A stretch of DNA of 36,470 nt from Octopus bimaculoides (lineage: Eukaryota): NCBI RefSeq assembly GCF_001194135.2, contig NC_069006.1:4177584-4214053 (forward strand), read 5' to 3'. Shown here one piece after another: positions 13,711 to 27,900 of the stretch; the stretch's first letter is position 1; each line of letters begins with the position of its first letter. Made by a program: the position numbers and the translations under genes. Under the pieces are notes generated by a model. That model did not search any database, was not told the origin of the DNA, and saw only the letters and a list, made by a program, of their open reading frames with translations.

Positions 13711-16700
13711 TATACATATATACGATGGGCTTCTTTCAGTTTCCGTCTACCAAATCCACTCACAAGGCTTTGGTCGGCCCGAGGCTATAGTAGAAGACAC
13801 TTGCCCAAGGTGCCACGCAGTGGGAATGAACCCGGAACCATGTGGTTGGTAAGCAAGCTACTTACCACACAGCCACTCCTGCACTATTCTATAACTGCAG
13901 TCTTTTTGTTCGTTGTTTTTTTGAAAGGATACCAGTTCTTGTGGGTGGAATATCAATTTCAATTTGGTCCTCATCAAGTAAGTGACTCTTCAGGCACATC
14001 TTTGTCAAAAGACTGGCAATATTTGCTGGGTCTTCGCTGAAAATAGAAAGCCAATATCATCGTCATCAATTCAACATCCACTTTTTTTCCTATGCTCATA
14101 TGCATCAGAAATTTGTTGAAGCAGATTTTCAATGGCTGGATACCTTGCTGTTGCCAATTCTCACTTGCTTCCAAATAAAGTAATATTTCACCATGGCCAG
14201 ACATGTTTTGATGGAAGATTGAAAACGAAGGACACCACTTGTATGACAGTGGGACTCATTTACAACCATCATGTGAAGTTAACACACATACAGACACACG
14301 TATGTATGTATGAATGTGTCATTATTCAGTTTTATTTCAAAATTTCTGGCCAATAGAGAAAGAACTGGTTTCTAACCTAGATCCAAGGCATGCATGTACA
14401 TATAATCATATACAATGCTCTTCTATTAGTTTCCATATACCATATCCACTCACAAAGCTTTGGTTAACCCAGGCAGGACAACAGTAGAGCACACTTGACC
14501 AAGTTGCAACAGAGTGGAACCAAACTACGTGGTTAAGAAGCAAACTCCTTAATCACACACACACACAGCAGTAGTATGGGGGAATGTACTGTAACAGTGT
14601 GCTGCTGCGTCCACCAAGTTGTTGTTGGTGGTTTTCTACTCTTGGTGGATGATGCCTTTGCACTGCTCAGGCGACAACCCTTCAACCCAAGGGTCTGTTT
14701 GGGTAGTCATTGCTGGAGAGGGTTTTACAAGGTCAGAGTGCAAATCCTACCTCAACCTCTTTTAGTTGCCTTCTACAAGATGCAGAGGAAACGTTTGACC
14801 TATCTGCACACACACACGTGTATTGGTAAATTTGTGCTGATGTATTGCTGCAGCAATGTCTGAAAACGGACAAGAAGAAAATGAAAGAAGCCCATTGTAC
14901 ACATATGTATGGGTGTGTGTGTGTATCTCTCAGTGAGTGTTTATGGCTACAAACACTGGCATCTGCTGACGCATCCTGTCAACAAATTGTTCACTAGTTC
15001 TGTACTTTCAAATTCCCTTACTTGAAATACAAGGCTTGGTAACAAAACTTGCATCTGGCTGTTGAAAATCCTGCCTCATTTACCTCCCGTCTAAATCATT
15101 CAAGCATGGAAAGAAAGGGACATTAAATGAAACGAATCAGGAAAGGAAAACAAGAAATGAAGTAATTGTCATAAAAACTTACCAGATTCCAACTTTAGAA
15201 TTAACTGTTTTTGCACTAATAACTTCTTTACGATATGCAAGGTCCTGATGGAATAGAAGTTATATGTATTGATAGGTGTTTTCTTCAAATGGATAATAAT
15301 AATAATAATATAAAATAATAATAATAATATCTCAAATTTTAAAACAAACTTATAATTTCTTGTCTTCTTAAACATTCTCTAGAACAATACTATGTGCAAA
15401 ACCAAACATATGACGCCCTAGGCATAACACCAATATGAACTTCTAACTTGTTGTCTCTTAAGGTCTCTGGGTGAGACTCGGAGTCAGCAAATACAAAGCA
15501 AAAGTCAAACAAATAATAATAATAATAAATAGTCTTAACTGGTACGTCACATGTATTGAGAAGAGCACTGTTGCTGCGAATTTTCTCTCCCACCCCCTAT
15601 TGTATTTATTCTTTTACTTGTTTCAGTCATTTGACTGTGGCCACGCTGGAGTACCGCCTTTTAATTGAACAAATCGACCCCAGGACTTATTCTTTGTAAA
15701 CCTATTATTTATTCTACCGGTCCCTTTTGCCGAACCGCTAAGTTACAGGGATGTAAACACACCAGCATCAGTTGTCAAGCGATGGTGGGGAGGGAGACAA
15801 ACACAGACACAAACAATCACACACACACATATATATACATATATACGATGGACTTCTTTATTTGTTTACCTTTCTATTTTTTTATTTTTTCCTTTTACTC
15901 TCTGTCTTCCCATTTTTCTCTATCACATGACTCCGTAAATGAACGATCTGGTGTGTTTGTTTTCATGGCCTACCAATGTATACAGTACGTTTCTCTGCCC
16001 TAGGTGTCAGGAAGACACTCGGCAACAAATGGAAACAGAAATGAAAGAAGATACTAATGAAAATAAAGATAATAATAATTTCAAATATTGGCACAGCCAG
16101 CAATTTCAGGGAGAAGGGGAAAATCAATTATATCAACCCCAGTACTCAGCAAGTACTTATTTCATTGACCCTGAAAGGATGAAAGGCAAAGTCCACCTCG
16201 GCAGAATTTGAACCCAGAATGTAAAGATGGACAAAATACTGCTAAGCATTCTGTCTGGCATGCCAACAATTCTGCCAACAACAACAACAATAATAATAAT
16301 AAATCATCGAGTGGAAGTATAGTGAACATCGCTTAAAGGTTTACAGACCTGCCCAGAAACACTCTTGAAAAGTTAGAGAAACAATTACGAGAAAAGAAAA
16401 CATGTAAAGCATTCTAGAGACCTATGTTTAAGTCTAGGTATTTACTTTAGTTTTGAAGTGTCTTACGGATAGATTGTCTGATTATTGGATGTAATATTTC
16501 CCACATTATCTGATACCTGTTCTAAACAGTTAAGTTTTTTTAATTTTATCATATAGTCAGGAGGAAAGGCAGTTCCTATGACTTGTTACTTGTTCTCTGA
16601 GACTGGTGGAATACAGCAAAGGAGGCACCCCACAAACCAAATACCTGGCTAAAATGCTTGCAACAGAGTGAACTCTGCTCTGAGTGATGTGTTAGATCTA

Positions 16701-17596
16701 CCACCCATGTAGGCCATAGTGGGATTTAAACACAGAATAAATATCACAAGGCATTTTGTCTGACATTCTTACAGTCCCATCACTCCACTGCTTTGGCAAA
16801 AAAAAAAAAACTTGTTTTGCTTTTACAACTTTATTACTGAGCTGCAAATATTCAATGTCAGTTACATTGATTTAGCTCTTCAGCTTTCACATTATTCTGT
16901 CAAAAATGATGCTAATTTATTAATATTGTTTTGAATTAATCATGCATTGTCTTGTAACTTTGAGATTTTGATGAGGTAACTGATAATTTTTAAAATGATA
17001 TTGCAGCGTTAGTATGAGAGGTCAGATCTGACCAGTCTGAACATAAAATAGGTAGAATATTTGGGCTGGATATGGCTGAATTTCAATGATGTGAGTGTTT
17101 ACTTTTAGAATGACACTGTAGGGTTGGTGTGAGAAGCCAGATCTAGCCAGTTTGAAGGAAAAACAGATGGAATATTTGGGCCGGATATGGCCAGTTTAAA
17201 TGCTAAAGGGTTAAGTTCTACAATAAAACACGGCTATCAGAGTCTCCCTTTTATACAGTCTGTACCCAGTTCTCCAAAATTAAAAAGGTTATCTTTGGGA
17301 TGGTCTGCTGAGTTAAGAGATCGTTTTGGTTTTGTAAATTACTTGGTGGCCTCACTAGTGCCAGTGCCATGAGAAAAAGCAGCTGGTACACTCTGTGGGT
17401 GTTCAGTCATAGAAAGCATGCCATAGCAGACATTGGAGGTGAATGCAGTCCTCCAGTTCATTGGATCCTGTTGAACTATCTTACCCATGCCAGTATAGAA
17501 GATGGATGTTAAATGACGATGATGATATTTCGAGAAGTGTTAAAAATGATAGAATATTTGCAAAAAAAAAAGTAATCAAATATGACACCCATCATC

Positions 17597-17638
<42 letters not shown>

Positions 17639-19747
17639 ATAATAATAATAATAATAATACTTTATGTATCATAATACTTACTGGATATTTTACCACGGTG
17701 CCATCAGCCTGTACAACCTCCACGACTTCAACCCTGTGTAAAATGTTTAGAAACATTTAATGGTTGCATTACAAAGAAACAAAAGAAAAAAAAAAGAAAA
17801 AAAACGAAGAAATGTAAATCAATGCAAATATTTAAAACAGCAATGAAATTCTGGATAAAATCTTATTAAAACCAGAAATTACTATCTTAATCTAAATCAT
17901 CAGGACTGCATGGTGTTTCTCATGCATACATACAGTGTGTGTGTGTGTGTGTGTGTGTCTCTCCTCTCTAGTCTTCTCATTGTGTGATAGTAGAAAACAA
18001 GTGTTGTTTGTCTTCCAGCTGCCATGGAAAACATGTCTGGGCCATTGGGAAATGTCATCTTGTTTGGAAATAAGTGAAAGTTAGCAACAGAAAGAGCATC
18101 CAGCCGTAGAAATTCTGCCTCAACAGACTCCATCTAACCCAGGTAATCACAGACATTAAAACAAATATCATTATTATTATTGTTAAGGCAGCGAGCTGGC
18201 AGAATCGGTACCATGCCAGGCAAAATGTTTAGCAGCATCTTGTCCATCTTTAGGCACTGAGTTCAAATTCCATTGAGGTCAACTTTGCCTTTTGGGGTTG
18301 ATAAATTAAGTACCAGTCAAGCTCTGAGATCGATGTAATCGACTTACCCCCTCCCCCAAAATTTCAGGCCTTCTGCCTATAGGAGAGAAGATTATTATTA
18401 TTATTGTTGTTGGTTGTTGTTGATGATGTGGTTATTGTTATTGTTATCATTGCAGTGAACAAGCAGTTTATCATAAAATTACATTTAAATGTTTTTTTGA
18501 AGTTAATACAGGTGCAGACATGGCTGTGTGGTAAAACGTTTGCTTCCCAACCACATGGTTCCAGGTTCAGTCCTGCTGCATGGCACCTTGGGCAAGTGTC
18601 TTCTCAGGCCAACCAAAGCCTTGTGAGTGGATTTGGTAGATGGAAACTGAAAGAAGCCTGTTGTATACATATATATTACTAAGATCTCTTGGATGTTGAC
18701 TGATGAGGAATTAGCAATGAATGCACTCCTTATGATTTATATATATATATATATACATACATACATACATACATACATACACACATATATATATTTGTGT
18801 GTCTTTGTGTCTCTCCCATCACTGCTTGACAACCAGTGTTGGTTTGATTATGCCCCTGTAATTTTGCAGTTTGGTAAAAGAGACTGTTAGAACAAGTATC
18901 AGGCTTAACAAAAAGTACTGAGGTCGATTTGCTTGACTTAAAAAAACTATTCAGGGTGCTGCTCCAACATGGCCACAGTCAAATGACTGAAACAAGTAAA
19001 CAGCAAAGATAAAAGACATTTGAATAGGAAACAAAGACTAAAGAAACTGCACAGATGCATCTACCACTCCCACCCACCCCATCCATCACAAGAGCCCACA
19101 GAAAATCTTCCACAGCCTCCAGAGGGCAATCCTAAATCACTTTGAGAAGCTCTGCTCTAGCGAGAAATGAATTGGTATTGAGTACTCACTGGAAAGGATT
19201 GCTACAGTATTGACTAAACATGGTGACAATAGTATCCAGGACAGCCTTGGCTTTGTTTAAGTCTGTAGCTGTACACTCGATAAATATATTTTTGGTATCT
19301 AGAGTGATTTTAGAATGGTCACCTGAAATATGAGGAAACAATATGGGTTAGATAATCATGTTATCATTAGAATATTTGATGGTGCAAAAGACACACTTTT
19401 ATTATGTTTTAGCTAGCATACCCATGTCGGTTAAAATGCCGACAGTTTTATTGATGATAGAAAATGGTGCATCAACACAGCAGGGAAAACTATTGATAAT
19501 TGTCAACAATCTAGTGAATATATGTACATACACAGAATTGAAGCACTTGAAGAATCAGACACGATTGTAACGTCATGTCTTGGTTGAAAGTATCACCCAC
19601 GTAATGTATGTTTGAGTACACACACACACACATATATACATATATATGTACATATTAGTATACATATATACACACACACATGCATGTACATATATATACA
19701 TACATATACACAAACACACATGTATGTATATATATGCCACCACAAAG

Positions 19748-19795
<48 letters not shown>

Positions 19796-19854
19796 TAGAT
19801 AGATATCTATATATACATACACACATACTTATTTTATAGGCATATCTCCCCCTT

Positions 19855-19886
<32 letters not shown>

Positions 19887-22800
19887 GGTTTATATTCACA
19901 TATATATATATACTCACACATACACATACCTATTTATGTACATGGGCATACATATGCATGTGTGCATGCGTTGATTTACGTTTTTTAGATCGATGAAATC
20001 ATTTTATTGTATGTAACATATATGCTGCTTTGCGTGTCTGTGTGTGTGTCTGTGTACATGTGCGTGTGTGAGATTGATAAATATAATTTACGATAAAAAT
20101 TTAAATATTGTTGACTTCAGAAGCTTTAAGTGTTGTGCCTGTGACTATCACTCACAGCCCCTCCTTTTTCTGTTTTACTCTTCTCTCCCTAGCGTTTTCA
20201 GAGCAAAGCCTCTAACTGTTCTCTGCCTGCATTATCATCTCTCACTACTACAACACTCCCACTTCATCTGTTGTTTTACTATTCTTTCTCCACAGCACAT
20301 AGCGTGACGGACAGGTGCAAAATAAGCATTTTGTTGTATCAGAAGATGGATCAAACAATTTCCCCTGCATCTAATGCAGCAGATTTATGGATGGGAGACG
20401 GGATGCTGTTGACTAGGGAGCCAGAAGGACATAAGTTCGTAAGGCACAATAATTGTCACTAATAATAATACATTGGTTTCAAATTTGGCACAAGGCCAGC
20501 AATTTTAGGGGAAGGGGATAGGTTGATTACATGAACCCCAATGCTGAGCTGTTATTTTTTCAATCCCAAGAGGGATGACAGACTAAGTCGAGCTTGGCAG
20601 AATTTGAACTGAGAATGTAAACATGGATGAAATTCTGCTAAGCATTTTGCTGGTGTACTAATGATTCTGTAAGCTTGCTGCCTTGTAACTACTAATAATA
20701 TATGGTGTGCTACCCTGGTACTGGTTGTGGTTACATAAAGCATCATAACCAGAAATATGAGTTTTACATCCTGTATAGTAATTCTTTTGACCACAACTAA
20801 ATGCTGGAACTGGATTGGACATGTCCTCAGACAAGATCGAGAAAGCAACTGTATGGTGGCACTGAAGTAGGAGGCTGAGGGGAAAAGAGCAGCAGGGTGC
20901 CTTAAAACCACATGGCGAAGGACCATTGACTAGGAAAGGAGATGAAAAGGGCAGAGAAGCTGGAATGAGACCAGAACAGTGGCAGAAAACAGAGCTGGCT
21001 GGAGATATCTTGTTGTGGCTTTATGTGCCTCAAGGCACAGACAGAACTAACTAACTATACAGCTGAAGTAAAAGACAATAAAATTGAAATACAGTACTCA
21101 TATAATGTAATTTATGATAAATTTATGGCTTCAATACTTAATTCTTGTATCTGTACAGAGATGCGGCCAGTAAGGTGAGGGTTGGAAATGAGTACAGCAA
21201 TGAATTCCGGGTAGAGGTAGGGGTCCACCAAGGTTCCGTCCTCAGCCCCCTATTATTTACCATAGTCCTCCAGGCAATCACAGAGGAGTTCAAGACAGGT
21301 TGCCCCTGGGAGCTCCTCTATGCTGATGACCTTGCCCTAATTGCGGAGTCACTATCAGAACTAGAGGAGAAGTTTCAGGTGTGGAAGCAAGGTCTAGAAT
21401 TGAAGGGCCTTAGAGTCAACCTAGCTAAAACCAAAATCCTAATAAGTAGGAAGGTAGATAAAACACAAACCCCTTCAGGTAGATGGCCCTGCTCAGTATG
21501 TAGAANNNNNNNNNNNNNNNNNNNNNNNNNNNNNNNNNNNNNNNNNNNNNNNNNNNNNNNNNNNNNNNNNNNNNNNNNNNNNNNNNNNNNNNNNNNNNNN
21601 NNNNNNNNNNNNNNNNNNNNNNNNNNNNNNNNNNNNNNNNNNNNNNNNNNNNNNNNNNNNNNNNNNNNNNNNNNNNNNNNNNNNNNNNNNNNNNNNNNNN
21701 NNNNNNNNNNNNNNNNNNNNNNNNNNNNNNNNNNNNNNNNNNNNNNNNNNNNNNNNNNNNNNNNNNNNNNNNNNNNNNNNNNNNNNNNNNNNNNNNNNNN
21801 NNNNNNNNNNNNNNNNNNNNNNNNNNNNNNNNNNNNNNNNNNNNNNNNNNNNNNNNNNNNNNNNNNNNNNNNNNNNNNNNNNNNNNNNNNNNNNNNNNNN
21901 NNNNNNNNNNNNNNNNNNNNNNNNNNNNNNNNNNNNNNNNNNNNNNNNNNNNNNNNNNNNNNNNNNNNNNNNNNNNNNNNNNNNNNNNNNNNNNNNNNNN
22001 NNNNNNNNNNNNNNNNNNNNNNNNNNNNNNNNNNNNNNNNNNNNNNNNNNNNNNNNNNNNNNNNNNNNNNNNNNNNNNNNNNNNNNNNNNNNNNNNNNNN
22101 NNNNNNNNNNNNNNNNNNNNNNNNNNNNNNNNNNNNNNNNNNNNNNNNNNNNNNNNNNNNNNNNNNNNNNNNNNNNNNNNNNNNNNNNNNNNNNNNNNNN
22201 NNNNNNNNNNNNNNNNNNNNNNNNNNNNNNNNNNNNNNNNNNNNNNNNNNNNNNNNNNNNNNNNNNNNNNNNNNNNNNNNNNNNNNNNNNNNNNNNNNNN
22301 NNNNNNNNNNNNNNNNNNNNNNNNNNNNNNNNNNNNNNNNNNNNNNNNNNNNNNNNNNNNNNNNNNNNNNNNNNNNNNNNNNNNNNNNNNNNNNNNNNNN
22401 NNNNNNNNNNNNNNNNNNNNNNNNNNNNNNNNNNNNNNNNNNNNNNNNNNNNNNNNNNNGGCACATAAAAGACACCATTTCGAGCGTGGCCGTTTTCGTG
22501 CGGGTGACACGTAAAAGCACCCACTACACTCTCTGAGTGGTTGGCGTTAGGAAGGGCATCCAGCTGTAGAAACTCTGCCAAATCAGACTGGAGCCTGGTG
22601 TTGCCATCCGGTTTCACCAGTCCTCAGTCAAATCGTCCAACCCATGCTAGCATGGAAAGCGGACGTTAAACGATGATGATGATGATGATGACTGCCACAG
22701 CATTGTATTAACACTTACACAATCATACATATTTCATTACAAAATCACTTTAAAATCGTCATCATCATTTATCATTTGTTTTCCAGAGGCTGCACTAGTT

Positions 22801-24918
22801 CCATAGATGTTCTGGTTTGTTTTCTACAGCTAGATGCCCTTCTTAACACCAACCACTTTACAGAGTATACTGGGTGCTTTTCACATGGCATCATCACCAG
22901 TGCTTTTTAGGTGGCACCATAACCTGTGCTTTTTACATGGTACCATCACCAATACTTTTTATGTGGCACCATCACTGGTGCTTTTCACGTGGCACCATCA
23001 CTAGTGCTTTTTAGGTGGGTAGGTGGGTGGGTCTTCTTAAGTATAGCAATATGCTGAAACATACTAAATTGGTTTTTTCCACAATGTATACTTGACAAAT
23101 AGTGGTTCATCTTATGTGCCAACAAATGTACTAGTTAATTAGAGACTGTGTTTGGCGGGAGTTGCTGAGAATTTAAAATCAATAAATGGAAGTTATTACG
23201 GGTACACAATACAAGGCAGACAAGACTCAGTTGAACAACACCAGTAACCATCACCACCATCACAAACATCAACATTGTGTTTACAATTACTATAAACAGC
23301 ACCACACGGACATTAATCAATGTCTAGTCATTTGGCCAACTCACTCTACTTCATAATGTTACCCAATCAGAACAGACCCAGGGTGATACAACAAAGCCAC
23401 TACAAACAAGATAAACATACCATTTATTATTGGTGGAAGAGAAAGAACGACCCGGTTACTGTCGTATATCACAGGATACACAGGCTTGTCTCTGATGATT
23501 GGCAGATAATGGCGAAGGTGGCTGTCAGTCTGAAAATTAATAAAACAATAGTAACCATTATTTATGCGTCCTTTCAAAGCCTAGCCAGGCCCGGTTTCCC
23601 GGTTTCTATGGCATATGTGTTCCCCCCAGCTGGTTGGGATGCCAGTCCATCACAGCAATACTCAAGAAACAGGAAGAAAGTGTGAGAGAAAGTTGGGGCG
23701 AAAGAGTACAAGAGGGGTTGCCACCACCCCCTGCCGGAGCTTTTAGGTGTTTTCGCTCAATAAACACTCACAACGCCCAGTCTGGGAATCGAAACCGTGA
23801 TCCTCCGACCGCGAGTCCGCTGCCCTAACCACTGGGCCATTGCGCCTCCACAATAGTAACCATACCTGAGATGAATTATTTTTAATACAATTATAATTTC
23901 CTCAGATTATTAAACATAGGTTTGTTCCTTCATTTTTATATCCCTTGTTCCAAGCCAGCATGGATTAGATGAATATATTTCCAAATTTTGGTACGAGGCC
24001 AGCAAGTTTGGGGAAATGGGGTATGTCAATTANNNNNNNNNNNNNNNNNNNNNNNNNNNNNNNNNNNNNNNNNNNNNNNNNNNNNNNNNNNNNNNNNNNN
24101 NNNNNNNNNNNNNNNNNNNNNNNNNNNNNNNNNNNNNNNNNNNNNNNNNNNNNNNNNNNNNNNNNNNNNNNNNNNNNNNNNNNNNNNNNNNNNNNNNNNN
24201 NNNNNNNNNNNNNNNNNNNNNNNNNNNNNNNNNNNNNNNNNNNNNNNNNNNNNNNNNNNNNNNNNNNNNNNNNNNNNNNNNNNNNNNNNNNNNNNNNNNN
24301 NNNNNNNNNNNNNNNNNNNNNNNNNNNNNNNNNNNNNNNNNNNNNNNNNNNNNNNNNNNNNNNNNNNNNNNNNNNNNNNNNNNNNNNNNNNNNNNNNNNN
24401 NNNNNNNNNNNNNNNNNNNNNNNNNNNNNNNNNNNNNNNNNNNNNNNNNNNNNNNNNNNNNNNNNNNNNNNNNNNNNNNNNNNNNNNNNNNNNNNNNNNN
24501 NNNNNNNNNNNNNNNNNNNNNNNNNNNNNNNNNNNNNNNNNNNNNNNNNNNNNNNNNNNNNNNNNNNNNNNNNNNNNNNNNNNNNNNNNNNNNNNNNNNN
24601 NNNNNNNNNNNNATATATATACATATCGTTGTGCTTTTGAATGTATTAATTCTTTCCGTTTCCTCGCCTACCGTTATTTCTCTTATCTTGGTGCTTTACG
24701 GTGGTTTAATTAAGGCTTTAGCTCTTATTTCTAGCAGGTTGATGCTTCTCTGCATCCTTACGCTTCATGCTGATTTGTAATTTATAGCTAAATAATGCTT
24801 TTTGCCTGCGAACCACCTATGTTACTACTGTTGATACCATAAATTTTAAATTTTATCCACAGATGATATTAACAATAGTGACAACTTATTTCAAACCGTA
24901 GTGTTTGAATGTTTGCTT

Positions 24919-24949
<31 letters not shown>

Positions 24950-27900
24950 AGATGGACTTCTGCAGTTACTGTTAAGCAAATTTACTTGCAAGGCCATTTG
25001 GCCATGGTGTTTTCACAGTGGAATTGAGTCCCAAATTGTAAATCATGCCAACATAGACAATGAAGCCTGGTACGGCTCCCAGCCTTGCCAACACCTGTCA
25101 AACCGTCATACTAGCATGGAAAATGGACATTAAAGGAACTGACAAGTCAGAAGAGTGTACCAGGCACTACTGTCTGCTTTAGCATGGTTTCTACACCGGG
25201 ATGCCCTTCCTAATGGCAACTATTTTACTGCGTGGACAGTATGCAAATTCTCAAGATTAAAAATATTCTCATCCATTCCATTTTGGAAATGAAGAAATTC
25301 ATAGCAAAATGATAATTGAAACATCCACCTCGTATGCAGTTTCTTTCCCTCAAGCGCATACCCCTCTAAATACACACACATCATAAAACTTTATACACTT
25401 ACAGCATAAAAATCCATCAGTTCACTGGCAGTGAAACTTCTCGACTGATTGAGAGGCTGAAATTTAATCTCTGAAGGTGGATGTGCCTCATAACTGAATG
25501 GTCCCTCAAGAGTATCCAAATCATGCGTTCCAATAGCAACCAATGAACGCTTTCTGAAAAATAAAATGGTAAGAAGATTAACCCTTTTGTTACCAAAATT
25601 ACATGAAACCACTCCCTGTGTTCTATGGTATAGAGTTCATGCTCTTAAGTGATCTAAATTAAAACCTTCCACTAAAATTTCATGTTAGTTTATGTTCCAA
25701 ATACCAATTTAAAGAGTTGAAATGATGTAAATTACACTTACACAGAAATTGAAATAACAATGGTTTCAAATTTGGACAAAAGACCAACAAAGTAGGGAGG
25801 CAGGTAAGTTGATAACATATACCTCAATGCTCAAATGATACTTATTTTATCAACCTTGAAAGATGAAACGCAAAGTTGACTTTCATAGCACTTGAACTCA
25901 CACCATACAGCCAAGAGAAATCCACTATGCACTTTGTCTGACACCTTAACGATTCTGCCAGCTCGCCACTGGTTGAAATAATGATAATCCTTTCAACTAT
26001 AGGCACAAGGCCTGAAATTATGGGGGAGGGGATTAGTCAATTACATCAACACCAGTACTAAACTGGTACTTAATTTATCAACCCCGAAAGGATGAAAGGC
26101 AAAGCTGACCTTGGCGGAATTTGAACTCAGGATGTAAAGACAGACGAAATACCACTAAGCATTTCGCCCAGTATGCTAATGATTCTGCCAGCTCGTTACC
26201 TTAATAATAATAATAATAACAACAACAGTTGTTTCTACTTTAGATACAAATCTAGTGATATTGAGAGGAGGGAATTAGACAAAACCGTCAACCCCAATAC
26301 CTGACTGGTATTTTATTTTATCAACCCTGGACGGATGTAAAAGCAAAGGTCACTTTGTTGGAATTTGAATACAGAATATCAATAAGATTACTGATATGAT
26401 AAAAAATAAGGAATTCCTTCTACTTTAAGCATAAGGCCAGTATTGCTGAGGGGAGGGGGGACTTAGTTGATTACACTGACGTCAATATATGTGACTGGTA
26501 CTATATTTTATTGATGCAGGAGGGATGAAAAACAAAGCTGCCCTCAGTGGGATTTGAACACAGAATGTAAGGAACTAGAAGAAATGCCAGGATATGTTAA
26601 TGTTTCTGCCAATCTCCCATCCTTACAATATGAAAAACAATGGTTTCTAATTTAAGCACAAGGTCAGCAATATTGAGAAGGAATTAGTCAATGCCATAAA
26701 CCTCAGTACATGACTGGTACTTTATTTTATCAACTTCCAAGAGGATAGAAGACAAAGCTAACTTCAATGGGATTTGAATACAAAGAGCTGAAATAACATG
26801 CTCTACCAATAATCCACTGCCCCTTACAGAAGGAAAAATAAAACAATACAAAGAAAAAGAGAAGAATGCAACATAAAATGTTCACCTGCAAAGATTTTGA
26901 TGTAGCTTCTCCTGCAACTCAATGAAACTATTGTAGCGAGCCTGAGTAAAAAGAGAAAAAATATATATATATACAACACCATCACAAAATGGCCCATATA
27001 TAATGCAATCACAAAATAAACTTTTCTCTTCAAATTTGCAGAAAATTTTAACAGGAATGTTGCCATTCATGAAGACATTATTGTCACTCCACAAAACCCA
27101 GAACTATGTCAGTGTGTAGAGAATTTCTAAACCACACAGTCATGCTTGGACTCATATTTTAACTTGCAATTGTCCAACTGAATTGGTTAGAAATAAATAG
27201 GTACAGTCTGGGAATGTCTGTTGTAAGTGGTAAGAAGTTTTGTTACTTTGCTGTGGTTAATTCATACACTGCTAGGGACCAATTATTAGCAGTTCCTGAC
27301 AATTCATAGGATCATCACCATCATTTAATGTCTGTTTTCCAAGCTGGCATGGGTTGACTGGCTTGACAGGAGCTGGCAAAGACAAGGGCCGTAACAGATT
27401 CCATAGTCTGTTTATGGCTTCATTTCTATAGCTGGATGCCCTTGCTAATAATGCCAACCACTTAACAGAGTGTAATGGGTGCTCTTTATGCGACACCATC
27501 ACCAGTGCTTTTTATGCATGAGTGCGTACAGACACACACATATACACATACACATAAAAGGCATGGAATCGTCAATAGTTAATGAGATGTAAGTTTAATT
27601 TAAAACTGATGATTTTGCTTAAGTCTTCCTTTAATGCTCGTCCGAATGTTGAAAGAGATATGAAACTAACAAAGGGAAATAAAAGAACAGAAAAACAGAA
27701 GAGATGAGATTATAGAAAACAGTTCAAACCTTATTGAAAGTGATGTTCCTTAGTACAGCTGCAACACAATGTGGACGAACCTCGGCTGTCTGGTCACAAA
27801 CGAGAAAAACAGAAGAGCAAAAAAAGACATTTAGGAAAAATGCAATGAACCATATAAGAATACTGTTTTAATTCAATCTCAGTTCTAGGTTACAAAACAA

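Noticed and set aside
15390-15593. Exon-like peptide [19 protein letters not shown] on the minus strand
   Set aside because: No proper AG acceptor, and the FARSB frame is complete without it.
19358-19600. Minus-strand IINKTVGI peptide, small hairpin tgtcgg/ccgaca (19425-19444) and C/D-like boxes
   Set aside because: No splice sites, and the true exon lies at 15183-15244. The hairpin is only 6 bp and the box spacing (about 45 nt) is too short to support a snoRNA.
22874-23018. CRISPR-like appearance of the 26-nt arrays
   Set aside because: Units are contiguous degenerate tandem copies with no unique spacers, no cas genes, and a eukaryotic intron context.
23860-23880. Minus-strand ctcag|gtatgg, a possible recursive splice site or cryptic donor
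   Set aside because: Weak pyrimidine tract in a short (1.9 kb) intron; no supporting exon.
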